From NCBI GenBank assembly GCA_965237525.1, contig CBDEFO010000007.1, positions 160,001 to 224,000 of the forward strand: 64,000 nt of DNA, written 5' to 3'. Source of the stretch: Candidatus Latescibacterota bacterium (GTDB lineage: Bacteria; Latescibacterota; CBDEFO01). Both the position numbers and the translations under genes were made by a program. Positions within the stretch are counted from its first letter, which is position 1. Each line of letters opens with the position of its first letter. Positions 28,484 through 39,353 of this stretch are shown here, piece by piece. Under the pieces are notes generated by a model that saw nothing but the letters and a program-made list of their open reading frames with translations, was not told the origin of the DNA and did no database searches.

Positions 28484-29987
28484 TTATGTCGCAGGCAGCG
28501 TCTGAAGCGCCGATTATGGGTCAAAGAGTAGCATATCGTATCGTTTTGCTGTGGAATAAGCAAAATAGTCTTATCAGAGTTCTGGTCAGCAAGGAATAGG
28601 AGCTGTTTGAAGAACAGGATGCACTGTCTTTGACAGACAGGGCACACATAGACGCTTTCCCCCTTCTTATGAAAGATACAAGCCTCTTGAGATTCTGTAC
28701 TGTTGCAACAAGATTCAACTGTTCATTCAGTGAGGCTGGTCCTCTGTAACGGGCTCGTCCCATACCGTGTTGTTGCCTGGCTTCAGCAAAGATATGTTCA
28801 CTGCGTTTACGGAGTCTCCGGGAGAGTTTGTAGTCAGCTGTTAATGAGATAGACCGTGCATGATTTCTGGCTTTCGCCTCTCGCACTTTTCTATCCCGTT
28901 CGGCCTGAATATGTGCTGAATTTGTCTTGTTTTTCCATGTAGGAATCGGTTCAATCTTCTCATCGGCTCGCAGAGGAATATGGGGTATGATTCCCCGGTC
29001 AAGTACATCAGCGATAAAATTACCAGAACCGTAACCGGTATCGGCACTAAGTGTCTGAATGTCTTTGGGCATGGTGTATGTTTCAAGGTCATCTACCATC
29101 TTAAGGGCACTTTCGGGCTCTGCTGTCCCTGTCGCCTGCGTGCCCTGAGTCTCAAGGATTACTCTGCTTTTTGTGTCGATCAGATCATGGCCCATAAACG
29201 AGAGAAAAGCCCCTTTGCCCTTCGATTTGCTGTATAAGCGCGCGTCGGGGTCTGTAGTCGAACGGTGTGTTTGGTTCGTCCACTTTTCACCATGAAAGTC
29301 TTTATCCTGAGGATGCCCGGACCTACCCTTTGTCTTATCACCTTCAAAACCGATTCCCTTGAGATAATCATCAAGAGAAACAGGGGGTTCTATCGGCTCA
29401 ATACTTTTCACTGAAGCATCAGCTTGTATCTGAGTGCCGTCGACACTAAGGTGTTTACCGCTCACAAGACCGACATCTATGCAACACTGGACTACCTGAC
29501 GCATTATCCGTTCAAACAACCCACTGGATGCCCACTTGTGATTGCGAAGCTTGTTGATCGTGCTCCTATCCGGAACCGCATCATCAAATGTCTGATGACA
29601 AAACAACCGATATGCCGCATGCATCCCCACTTCCTGACAGAGCCGATTCTCACTCAAATTATACAGATAGCCAATAAGGATCATTCGAACAACTAATTCA
29701 GGATCAATACCGGGTCTGCCATTGTCAGGGCAATAACAATCTGATACAACGTCTCGTACAAATGAAAAATCAACTGCCTCATCAATCTGACGAAGGATAT
29801 GATCCTCGGGAACTAAATCCTCCATCTGAAAATAGTGAAACATCGGATTTGTCTGTTCCTGCTTTTGTGGGGTCATTGTTTCCTCCATGTATAATATTAT
29901 CAATAACATAATATAATACATCGGAGCTGCTTTATCAATGCTTGTTTTATACTATTTTCTGAATCTAAGGGTTTTTCACAAGGCTTC
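28468..29987 (-). mobile_element. IS1182-family insertion sequence
   Basis: IRs AAGCCTTGTGAAA (28468-28480) and TTTCACAAGGCTT (29974-29986), with TAA on both flanks. Confidence 0.85.
28521..29876 (-). CDS. IS1182-family transposase
   Basis: LVPEDHILRQID, GRPGIDPE, SVDGTQIQADAS, STTDPDARL, ADTGYG and RSEHIFAE. Confidence 0.93.
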   Translation of the reverse strand: MTPQKQEQTNPMFHYFQMEDLVPEDHILRQIDEAVDFSFVRDVVSDCYCPDNGRPGIDPELVVRMILIGYLYNLSENRLCQEVGMHAAYRLFCHQTFDDAVPDRSTINKLRNHKWASSGLFERIMRQVVQCCIDVGLVSGKHLSVDGTQIQADASVKSIEPIEPPVSLDDYLKGIGFEGDKTKGRSGHPQDKDFHGEKWTNQTHRSTTDPDARLYSKSKGKGAFLSFMGHDLIDTKSRVILETQGTQATGTAEPESALKMVDDLETYTMPKDIQTLSADTGYGSGNFIADVLDRGIIPHIPLRADEKIEPIPTWKNKTNSAHIQAERDRKVREAKARNHARSISLTADYKLSRRLRKRSEHIFAEARQQHGMGRARYRGPASLNEQLNLVATVQNLKRLVSFIRRGKASMCALSVKDSASCSSNSSYSLLTRTLIRLFCLFHSKTIRYATL

Positions 29988-29988
29988 T

Positions 29989-30888
29989 AAGTTCATACAG
30001 AAAGTGGACGAATGGGCATATAGAGACCGCGAAAATCTAAAAAAGATGGGATGCGAACCGATTTATCATGAAAAACACTATCCGGAAAGAGCCGCCGTTG
30101 TGGATTTTGTACGAAACGCTAACATTAGCTCAAGCTATTATCCATGGGGAAAACCCCTCCGATACGGAGATTTCCATCATTTCCGGCCTGTCCAGGTATT
30201 CATAAGCCCAGATATGCTCTTTGATGAGCCTATAGATTACCTGGAGAAAAGGGCGCAGGAATTGGGCGACGAGATAGGCTGTCTATTTAGGGATGGCCAC
30301 AGAGAGCGTATGGATATTGTACGTAGGTACTATGAGGATTTATTTCCCGAACTTCTTAAAAAAAATAGCTGGCTTTTCGATAGCAAGGAATCACTATTAA
30401 GTCTAAAGAGAAATTGGAAAAGAAAGAAACTTGGACTTGATCAATTATGGAGGGATTTTGATGACATTATGAAAAAGGCAAATGAGTTAATTAGAGAGAT
30501 TGAACGATCTATTGAAGCCGCCAGGAAAGATATTTCACAAGCTTATCCTGTACCAATACCAGATCCCGTTACTGGAGAACTGCTTTGGTCCCGTATGGAA
30601 TTATCAGAAGTCCTTACGGAAAACCAGGGGACAGTCTTATTCCGTCTCTTGAGGGGAAAAGAAGTTAAACGCGAAGAGTTTACAACATATAATGGAGATC
30701 CGTTCATGGTTGACCAATTACGACAGGATCTAAGTGCTCTGAGAAAACTATACCCTGGGTTGATCCCCCAAGGGACGACGAGGAAGGAAGGCCACTCCTA
30801 CTACGTAATCGTTGAGAATAAAGCCCTGCAGTACTTCCGTGAAGGTGATCTCAAGCGTATAAGGCAACAGCAGCCAAAGGAAGCATAA
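29989..30888 (+). pseudogene. Hypothetical protein, 5'-truncated by IS1182; possible C-terminal winged-helix
   Basis: The 300-codon open frame begins at the IS boundary, and the track's ATG at 29938 lies inside the IS. Confidence 0.5.
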
Positions 30889-31132
30889 GCCGTGAGCTTC
30901 AAAGTTCCTAATTGGAAAAAGCTTGACATAGGGCGAAGTCATGACAAAATCGAGAAAAATTGGCCGGCTAGTAGGCATAATTATGGTTCTGGTCATCGTG
31001 GGAATAACGATTCTCCTGAGCCAACCCGAAGGTGGTCCCTATCCACTGCGGTGTTCTAAATGAAGTAGAATGTACATGGTAGACCACTACAGCGGCCTAC
31101 TATTTACCTAACCTGGAGGGAGGCAAAAACAA

Positions 31133-32770
31133 ATGGTCCAAGATAACTCTGATACTTCTACCCAGCGCAAAGAAGGCAACGGAAGTCTCCGACGGATTGT
31201 TATCGGCATTATAATCGCTATTGTCATCGGTACTTCGGTGGGCGGTTGGCTGCCGAGGCTCGCGGTGAAGTTCGAGATTCTGGGTGATATGTTTCTGAAT
31301 TCGCTGATGATGATCGTTGTTCCACTTGTTATTTTTTCGATAATCGTTGGGATCACTGGCTTGGGTGATATTCGCAAGATCGGCTCTATTGGAAGGCGGA
31401 CTGTCATATATTACATGGTGACGACAGGTATTTCAGTACTCATTGGCATCATCTTAGTCAACATCATCAGACCGGGCGCAGGTATCTCTCCCGGTGAGGA
31501 GCACGCCGCATTTAACTATACGGTTGGTGGATTGAATAATCGCACTGTCATACTAACAAACAGAACATGGGAAAAGACAAACTATAGCCAGAAGTATCTA
31601 CTTGTTTTGATAGACCAAAAAGTGCAGGGGACCGTTGAGTCCTTCTCGGAAACTTCGGTGACGGTGAAACTCTGGGAACCTCAAGAATCAAGAGATGTAT
31701 TCTATGTCACTGCCGAGGATGGCACACGTCTCCCATTCCGCCGAGTCGGGGGACGATTAGTTTCTGCCGAGCCAGAACTTGCGCCGTCAGGGACGGGTGT
31801 CGAAATCACCTTACCTATCGCTCAAAAAGTGCGCGGTAAAGAGGAGAAAGACATCGGTCGTACGGTGGAAGAAGTCCTCGTCGGAGACAAGGAGACAGGA
31901 AAAGAGGGGTTAATTCCACGCAATCTCTTCAATGCGATGGTGAACACAGCCATACTGCCGTTGATTTTCTTCTCACTTCTATTAGGTGCGACACTTTCGG
32001 TCCTGGGCGAACGAGGACGTTTGGCTATTGATTTTATCTCAACACTAAACGATGCCGTGATGCGAATAGTACACTGGATTATGATTGTGGCACCTATCGG
32101 CATCTTTGGATTGATAGCAGCACGTATTGGGAACGCAGGTGGATTCAGTGGATTTATGCCGGAACTGCTTGCCCTCGGTAAATATAGTTTCACCGTCGTA
32201 TTCGGACTGTCGATTCACGCATTCATAGTGTTGCCGCTTATCCTGTTGCTTATCGGACGACAGAATCCCCTGAGATATGCTAGAGGTGTAGGCGCAGCCC
32301 TTTTGAACGCATTTTCTACAGCTTCCAGCTCTGCAACACTGCCACTGACGATGGAAGGAGTCCAGGAGGAGAATGGCATCTCAAATCGGACAGCCAGTTT
32401 TGTCCTGCCGCTCGGTGCCACCATTAACATGGATGGTACTGCCCTTTATGAGGCCGTTGCCGCCATGTTCATTGCACAAGTCTATGGAATTGCGATGAGT
32501 CCTGTGGAACAAGCTGTTATTTTTCTTACAGCAACACTTGCAGCCATCGGTGCAGCCGGGATTCCTGAAGCCGGACTCGTAACGATGGTGATTGTCTTGA
32601 AGGCTGTCGGGCTGCCAATTGAAGGCATCGGATTGATTCTAACCATTGACTGGCTGCTGGATCGCTTCAGGACTACGGCCAATGTCTGGGGTGATAGTGT
32701 CGGAGCAGGCGTTATCGAGACACTTGAAATGAACCCCCGATTTAATCGGGGATCGGTAGAGGGAAGTTAA
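31133..32770 (+). CDS. Dicarboxylate/amino acid:cation symporter (DAACS/SLC1)
   Basis: FSTASSSATLP, LPLGATINMDGTALYE and DWLLDRFRT. Confidence 0.95.
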   Translation: MVQDNSDTSTQRKEGNGSLRRIVIGIIIAIVIGTSVGGWLPRLAVKFEILGDMFLNSLMMIVVPLVIFSIIVGITGLGDIRKIGSIGRRTVIYYMVTTGISVLIGIILVNIIRPGAGISPGEEHAAFNYTVGGLNNRTVILTNRTWEKTNYSQKYLLVLIDQKVQGTVESFSETSVTVKLWEPQESRDVFYVTAEDGTRLPFRRVGGRLVSAEPELAPSGTGVEITLPIAQKVRGKEEKDIGRTVEEVLVGDKETGKEGLIPRNLFNAMVNTAILPLIFFSLLLGATLSVLGERGRLAIDFISTLNDAVMRIVHWIMIVAPIGIFGLIAARIGNAGGFSGFMPELLALGKYSFTVVFGLSIHAFIVLPLILLLIGRQNPLRYARGVGAALLNAFSTASSSATLPLTMEGVQEENGISNRTASFVLPLGATINMDGTALYEAVAAMFIAQVYGIAMSPVEQAVIFLTATLAAIGAAGIPEAGLVTMVIVLKAVGLPIEGIGLILTIDWLLDRFRTTANVWGDSVGAGVIETLEMNPRFNRGSVEGS

Positions 32771-33044
32771 TTTAAGTCAGTAGATCCCCGATCCCCGTTA
32801 GACTCAATCGGAGATTCAATCGGCGACTGGTCGTCGTGCGTATTTATAGGCGAATCCAGAGCGCAGTACACCGGCAGCTCTAAATCAGTTCTAAAAAGGA
32901 TTCCACTTATCTGGTGCATCAGTAGCGGGCCTGTGTTGTAGACGGTAGAATCATAAGCCATGTTCTAGTCTTGTCCTGGATGATCTGCCTTGATGTCAAC
33001 AATTGCCCTGGCAGCTTGTATACGATGATAAGGACCCGAATAGA

Positions 33045-34177
33045 ATGAGGAGTCGCCCAAGACATCGAATAGTAGCAGTATCCCTCGTCTGTGCAACGCT
33101 CTTGCATATACTCGCGTTCTGGTTAATTGACCTGTTTATCCCCTCTGAGGTCCAACAGCAGTTCTTCCGTGCGCGGTTAGTTGTAAGACCCAAGCTGAAA
33201 CCGAAGCGCTTTGAACCTCGTCGGGGTATATCTATCCCTCGTCAGATATTGCAACGAATGGCCGTAGAAGGTGACCCTCTTCCTCCAGAAGAAGGAATAT
33301 TCGAGATGAAAGTTGAACATCTACCAATAGCAGAACAACCTATGGTGGAGGAATTCTTGCCATTGCCCGGGGAAAAGGAGACAGTCAGATGGGAAACATG
33401 GCGGGATTCGGTAGATATAGATCTGGATATTAGGACACATGAGACGGAATTGCCCGAGATGGATGCTGTGCAGTTGGATGCGGAGCGCCGCCGATATAAC
33501 GTAGTCCTGATCGACCGAGAGACAGGGAAACTGAAAGAAGCCTACTTGCATATTCCGGCCTATAGGGGGGCATAGCGAATGGTCTGGAAAATTTGCAAAG
33601 GAAATTGAAATATGGAATACGTCTGCCGGGAAAAGTGCCGATCGTTTGTGAAGTACACCTCTACAGGAAGGGTCGCCGTCAACGTACCCCTGGGTGGATA
33701 AAGATAGAAGGACAACCGGATCCCGATCCCATCCATCGTTTTATTTATTATCACCGCAGACATAAACTGCACCATTCAGAGATGAAGGAATATTCAGTCT
33801 TACTTCTGCAGTACATTGATGTGGAATCAACGGAGGCTATGGCTCGTTACCTGATGGATGGTAGATTTGCTGTGGTGAGCTATGGACAGCTTCGGATACT
33901 GCAAAGGGAGATCCAGAAACACGTCAGCGATCATCGCCTTCAAGCAGTCAAGTTAGGGTTGGAGCATCCGCTCTTTCGCTCTTTCTACGATATAACAGAT
34001 GGTGGACCTGAATTGGAATCGATCAACTGTCTTGAGCTTGACGGACGTCTGATAGCAGTAACAGGAGTGCGGTTTGTACGGGGAAACAGATACACCAAAG
34101 CCAACAAACTCTTCGTCAATGTACTCGCTTACGGCCTAATCCAACCTAGCAAGATGGGAAGATATTTAGTTAGGTGA
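33045..34177 (+). CDS. Membrane-anchored DUF4159-like protein, frameshifted at the G6 run (33565-33570)
   Basis: N-terminal SLVCATLLH anchor and C-terminal LEHPLFRSFYDI...ELDGRL...LFVNVLAYGL. One extra G joins the two ORFs. Confidence 0.55.
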
Positions 34178-34538
34178 AGGAATCTTTAAGCCTTGAGGGA
34201 AACTGGTTATACCAGACGGATCTGGGTCGATCTATAGTAACGAAGTGCGGATACATTGCCAAACCGGGGAAGATTCCTGCAATAATGTGGATGTGAACGA
34301 GTTCGGACACACGGCGGCAGCACCAGCTGGAAATGTCCGCGTCTTGGCCTGGGAGATCTACCCCGCAGGCAGGAACGTGCGCTTCGGATCGAAAGGCATG
34401 GTCGCAACCCTGCCCGAATAGCGCCAGCAGGGATGTGCTACTACTTGATAGGTGCGGCTCTACTGAACGTCCTGTCCTTTTGTTCGATCGGAGAGGCATG
34501 CGTTACTCAGGGGTAGGAGTTTGCCCTGGCCTTTCTTG

Positions 34539-35033
34539 TTACTCAGAGTTGCCGATCATAAGCACTGCTGCAGTGTGTGATGAATTTTCCGCCTTTTCAA
34601 AGGCGTCGGGTATCGTCCAGATGTCCTCATTACGGGCGAGTGTAGAATAAGGGATGTCCCAGGCTTTCAGGGTGGGTTCCAGGAGGGTAGCAACGCTGTC
34701 AACGTATTTTCCACCATCGGCCATAGATTTATAACCTCTGTAGCCTATGATCATAACGAGTGGAATTTTCATGTTCAGGACATTTCCTCTTATTCCGTCT
34801 CCCGATTCCAAGAAACCCGTATTTTGAATAATGACTATCGGCTTTTTGCCTCCTATATAAAGACCGGAGGCTATTGAGACGGCCTCTCCCTCTCTGGTTG
34901 CCGTAATCACATCAATATCATCGTCCTTCCAGAGAAGTTCATAAATCGCACTAGACCCGTTATCCGGCACGCCGATCATATGCGTAACGCCCTGGTTCTT
35001 GAACTCTTCCACTATCAACCGAGCGCTGATCAA
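34539..35033 (-). CDS. ThDP-dependent decarboxylase alpha subunit (ComD/phosphonopyruvate decarboxylase-like)
   Basis: GVPD, TREGEAVSIASG, IQNTGF and IGYRG. Likely TTG start at 35033. Confidence 0.85.
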   Translation of the reverse strand: MISARLIVEEFKNQGVTHMIGVPDNGSSAIYELLWKDDDIDVITATREGEAVSIASGLYIGGKKPIVIIQNTGFLESGDGIRGNVLNMKIPLVMIIGYRGYKSMADGGKYVDSVATLLEPTLKAWDIPYSTLARNEDIWTIPDAFEKAENSSHTAAVLMIGNSE

Positions 35034-35156
35034 GAAGAAGACCCCTTTCATACTGGTGCTCAGGATTCTAGCAAAGGAAGCCGTAAGCAGGCGAAAAATA
35101 GGCTGGGCGAACCTGCATGCCCAGCCTGCATAGGCCAAATATAGATAGTTGCCTGT

Positions 35157-35873
35157 TTAATCTCCTGCCTCTTCCTCCTCTTTTTCCATGATTAAGACAT
35201 TATACAGAAGCGCGGCTACGGAGCCCCCTACGATAGGTCCTATCCAGTAGACCAGATGATTGACACCGCCCCAGTAGCCCCCAACCAAGGCTGGCCCGAA
35301 CGCCCTGGCCGGATTCATCGCAGCTCCGGTTAAGCCACCACCCACAAGGATGTCCATAGTGAGCACAAGACCTATCCCGAATCCGCCTAGCTTGGGTGCC
35401 CGTTTGTCAACTGCCGTCCCGAAGATCGCAAAGAGAAGCAGGAAGGTCAAAAAAGCCTCAATCATACAACCTCTCTTAAAGCCGATGTCGCTTGTAAGAG
35501 TGGGCGTTCCGAGCTTCGCCATTTCCATCACAAACTTATTTCCGATCATAAGCCCCTTAAAGGTCGATCTGACCGCGATTGCGCCTAAAGCCCCGCCTAT
35601 CAGCTGAGATATGATGTACATTATCGCCGTTCCAGCCCTGATTTTCCGGGTTATCAGCATAGCGATGGTCACAGCCGGGTTGATGTGTCCTCCTGAGATA
35701 TTCATCGTCGCCGAGACGGCAATAGACAGTGCAAGACCATGAGCAATGGCTATCCCTAGAAGCCCTACTCCTCCCTTAGTATAGACGTCCATACAGATTG
35801 CCCCGGCTCCTATGAAGATCAGAGTGAACGTCCCGACTAACTCAGCCAGATAGGATTTCAAGCTGCTGTTCAT
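35157..35873 (-). CDS. MIP family channel (aquaporin)
   Basis: SGGHINPAVT and AMNPARAFGP, the two NPA motifs. Confidence 0.95.
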   Translation of the reverse strand: MNSSLKSYLAELVGTFTLIFIGAGAICMDVYTKGGVGLLGIAIAHGLALSIAVSATMNISGGHINPAVTIAMLITRKIRAGTAIMYIISQLIGGALGAIAVRSTFKGLMIGNKFVMEMAKLGTPTLTSDIGFKRGCMIEAFLTFLLLFAIFGTAVDKRAPKLGGFGIGLVLTMDILVGGGLTGAAMNPARAFGPALVGGYWGGVNHLVYWIGPIVGGSVAALLYNVLIMEKEEEEAGD

Positions 35874-35893
35874 CTTGATTTCCCTCCCTCATC

Positions 35894-35944
35894 AGTGTAA
35901 AGCGTGAAAGACACAAGTGGCGGTCTTCCACGCTTTACACTTTT
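35894..35944. terminator. Long hairpin between sod and the aquaporin gene
   Basis: AGTGTAAAGCGTG...CACGCTTTACACT stem. Confidence 0.55.
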
Positions 35945-35956
35945 GGCTAATAGTCT

Positions 35957-36595
35957 TTATCCCATCGCCTGTTTGTAGTTCTCAGCCACCTGGTTCCAGC
36001 TGACCACGTTCCACCAGGCGGCGATATAGTCAGGACGGCGATTCTGGTAGTTCAGATAATAGGCGTGCTCCCATACATCCAGACCCAGAATGGGCGTGCG
36101 CCCTTCTGAGAGCGGGCTATCCTGGTTCGGAGTTGATTCGACGATCAACTTGCCCGATCCGTCAACTGAGAGCCAGGCCCAGCCGCTGCCGAAGCGGGTT
36201 GCACCTGCGGTTGATAGTTTCTCCTTGAACGAGGCGAAGGAGCCGAAAGTGCTGTTGATGGCTCCTGCCAGTTCACCGGAGGGGTTTTCGCCCTCGGACC
36301 AGCGGTTTCCGCCGCGGTTACCGGTCATAAGGCGCCAGAACAGACTGTGGTTAGCGTGTCCTCCGCCGTTGTTTCTCACAGCCGTACGGATGCCCTCAGG
36401 GACGCTGTCGAGGGAGCTGATCAGCTCCTCAATGCTCTTGCCCTGAAGGTCTACGTTGCTCCCCCAAAGTGCCTTGTTGAGGTTGGTCACGTAGGCGTTG
36501 TGATGTTTGCCGTGATGGATCTCCATCGTCCGAGCGTCGATGTGCGGCTCCAACGCACCGTAATCGTACGGCAGTGCCGGTAATTCGTGTGGCAT
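35957..36595 (-). CDS. sodA: Superoxide dismutase (Mn/Fe; Mn-type signature)
   Basis: [27 protein letters not shown] and DVWEHAYY. Confidence 0.93.
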   Translation of the reverse strand: MPHELPALPYDYGALEPHIDARTMEIHHGKHHNAYVTNLNKALWGSNVDLQGKSIEELISSLDSVPEGIRTAVRNNGGGHANHSLFWRLMTGNRGGNRWSEGENPSGELAGAINSTFGSFASFKEKLSTAGATRFGSGWAWLSVDGSGKLIVESTPNQDSPLSEGRTPILGLDVWEHAYYLNYQNRRPDYIAAWWNVVSWNQVAENYKQAMG

Positions 36596-36714
36596 ATACG
36601 TCCTCCTTTATGTCATGGTTTGTATTGGTGATGGACGAACTCGATGATATATCAGCAACTTGACTTCCTCTTATTCTTCGCCAGCATTCAGGTATTTTAA
36701 CTTTGGAACTAACC

Positions 36715-37130
36715 TCAATTGGAAGAGAGTCCGTAAAATTCCACGCGGCTGTCATCTACCCTGAACCCCGTCTTCGCCTGTGCCGAGCACTCCAGGTCTT
36801 CCAGCGGAGACGGCGGAAGGTCCACATTGACTATGTCACGGCAACTGACGCAGACGGCGTGGTGGTGTTCGGCCATATTGCCGTCGTACCGAGCAGAGTG
36901 ATCACCCCAGTTTAGTTCTCGTACCAGATTGTTCTCCTTGGGGGATCGCAAGCTCCCTTAAACCGTTCCAAAACTTATGTTGGGCATCTTCTCCTTTACT
37001 CGCGCATATATATCTGCCGCCCGGGGATGATCCCGAGATCTTTGTGCCTCCTCCAATATAAGATTTCTCTGCCGGGTCAGCCTCTGACCCTTCTTGTTCA
37101 GTTTAATTTTAAGAGTATTCTTATTTCAAT
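36715..37130 (-). pseudogene. Fur/PerR-family repressor with multiple lesions
   Basis: RLTRQR / DHPRAADIYARVKEKMPNISFGTV* / RYDGNMAEHHHAVCVSC...VEFYGL across frames. The second CxxC is lost. Confidence 0.8.
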
Positions 37131-37170
37131 CGCTTAATTCGGCCTCCATTAAATGGTACCAATGGTTGAT

Positions 37171-37199
37171 AATATATGCCGACAGGAAAGACATGTCAA
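37171..37199 (-). promoter_or_regulatory. Sigma-70 promoter for the perR-sod unit
   Basis: TTGACA-17-TATATT on the minus strand. Confidence 0.65.
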
Positions 37200-37578
37200 G
37201 TGATTTTTTCTTTCCATAAAGTATAGATAAAGATTGCGAAAGGGCAAAACAATATCTCTTTTTTTCTCAGCCTTCTATTATTCTACAGAACAATTTCCAC
37301 GAGCCAAAGGTTACCTGAACGGCGGTAGGATCATACGTCAGATTAAGTGTGAATCGCGGCAAGATTAAAGTCACAGACTAAAAGAGAACCACCGTCACAG
37401 GCACTTCGCTCTTTCCTGGCTCCAGCTCATGCTTCCAACAAAGTTCCCACGGTGCGTCGCCCATACTTTTGTGCTTGACTGAGATGCAGCTTTTATTTAT
37501 CTTTCACTCAGCCGCTCTTTTCGAGCTGCTGCAGTAAGCACGCCTGCATTGGGAATTTTGATCACATAAGGAGGTGAA

Positions 37579-38937
37579 ATGGCAAAAGAGGCTGTGGAAC
37601 TCGCTGTCAAAGAGCCGCCTGAGGGATTGCTAGGAACCCTGCGCAATATTGGTCCGGGAATCGTCATATCTGGCTCGGTGATAGGCTCAGGGGAGTTGAT
37701 CCTAACAACCACGATGGGAGCAAGGCACGGATTCGTATTCCTGTGGGCCGTGATCATCTGCTGCGTGATTAAATACTTCATACAGATAGAATTAGGAAGA
37801 TATTGCCTGATCAACAACTACACCACCATTCAGGCCCTGAACAATGTCCCCGGACCCAAATTTCGCGGAACCTCATGGATTGTGCTGATCATCTTTGTCG
37901 GTATTGCGCTGACTATGATAGCGCTGGCGGGGATCTTAGGCTCCGTTGTGGGATTATTTATGACGATATTCCCGAGAATCGGCGCGGAAGTCTGGGCAGG
38001 TATTATCTGTATCAGCATTATTGCGCTCCTTTTTCGCGGACTTTACAGCGACATAGAAAAGATCGTCATCTCCCTTGTGGCCGGATTCTCGCTTGTCGTC
38101 ATCTCCTTGTTATTTCTCATCCAGGGGACAGAGTACTCGATCTCCCTTGCCCAGCTTAAAAGTGGTCTTCTATTCAACATACCCGAAGATGGCGTCAAAA
38201 TAGCTCTGGGCCTGATGGGAGCTGTGGGGATAACGGCTATCGAGCTGTTTATGTATCCGTACTGGATTTTAGAGAAGGGCTATGCAAGTTTTATCGGCGG
38301 GAAGCACCATTACGATAACGATAAGGACGGATGGATAAGGAGGAGTAGAGGTTGGATTGGCGTGATGAGAGCAGATGTTCTGATATGCACGGGACTGGCT
38401 ACAATCATAACCTTCGCATATTATCTGATAGGCGCGTCTGTCCTGCACGGATTAAGGGTGCTCCCGGAGGGAACGGATGTGGTGAGGGACATCTCCAGCA
38501 TATTCACTGAAACCTATGGCAAATGGGCGTACTGGGTCTTTATGTTCGGGGCATTTTGCACTCTGTATTCCACCCTCACAGTCTGCACGGCAGCGGTGGG
38601 AAGGATGTGGACAGACCTGTCAGCAAGCCTGGGATTTACCGTGTGGGATGACGAAAAGGCACGATTCAAATGGATCAGATTTTTCCAGGTGTTCTTTCTC
38701 CTCCTGTGGCTGGGATTTTCCCTGGGCATCCCCCGACCTGTCACGCTCATCGTGTTCGGCGCATCAGCAAATGGCCTGAACCTTGCCGTTTTTGCCGTCG
38801 GAATCCTTCTCATTGTCAGAAAAGTCGATAAAGTCGATAAAGAAGTGGCGATGGGCAGGTTTTCCAACTTTATGCTCACCTTCACTACGGCGATCACCTT
38901 TATCTATTTTATCTATATCATTTCACCAGTACTGTGA
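37579..38937 (+). CDS. Nramp-like/APC-superfamily transporter
   Basis: IGPGIVISGSVIGSGE, QIELGRY and YPYWILEKG, with about 11 hydrophobic segments. The canonical MntH DPGN motif is absent. Confidence 0.75.
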   Translation: MAKEAVELAVKEPPEGLLGTLRNIGPGIVISGSVIGSGELILTTTMGARHGFVFLWAVIICCVIKYFIQIELGRYCLINNYTTIQALNNVPGPKFRGTSWIVLIIFVGIALTMIALAGILGSVVGLFMTIFPRIGAEVWAGIICISIIALLFRGLYSDIEKIVISLVAGFSLVVISLLFLIQGTEYSISLAQLKSGLLFNIPEDGVKIALGLMGAVGITAIELFMYPYWILEKGYASFIGGKHHYDNDKDGWIRRSRGWIGVMRADVLICTGLATIITFAYYLIGASVLHGLRVLPEGTDVVRDISSIFTETYGKWAYWVFMFGAFCTLYSTLTVCTAAVGRMWTDLSASLGFTVWDDEKARFKWIRFFQVFFLLLWLGFSLGIPRPVTLIVFGASANGLNLAVFAVGILLIVRKVDKVDKEVAMGRFSNFMLTFTTAITFIYFIYIISPVL

Positions 38938-39353
38938 TCACCTTTATCTATTTTATTTATCATTTCAGCCTTGTAGTGGTAAACCAATTGTAAGGCGCCT
39001 TTTCCCCCCAAAAGTTCTTCGATACCCCTCGCTCAAAGTTAGATTCGACAACAACAGGCAATGTTGTTATATTCAAATAGAAGTTATTATATTCAAATGG
39101 AATCAGAGATGATTAGACAGGTAGGTACTTTCTCTAATGCCACCAGAATGGTCCTGGCTCCGCGTCCCCTTTGGGGTCGGGGCGAGTGCTCCTCGCGATG
39201 ACAGGAGGTAAGAGTAGGCAGTGTCATTACGGAGCCCCCCCCGATTGAATCTATCGGGGGTTAAATAGGGGGAGCGAAGCCATCTGACTCCTTGTAGGGG
39301 GGTGGGTTGGATTGCCCTGTATGGTGACTACTGTCTGCTCGGTCGAGAGGGAT

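Noticed and set aside
34170..34530. Short ORFs between the DUF4159-like and ThDP genes
   Set aside because: No frame gives a convincing protein; at most a degraded remnant.
36715..36717. TGA at a Cys position of PerR as selenocysteine
   Set aside because: The partner Cys is also mutated, a TAG follows two codons later, and the gene has other lesions.
37270..37570. yybP-ykoY Mn riboswitch before the Nramp-like gene
   Set aside because: I could not find the conserved motifs by eye; an Infernal search would settle it.
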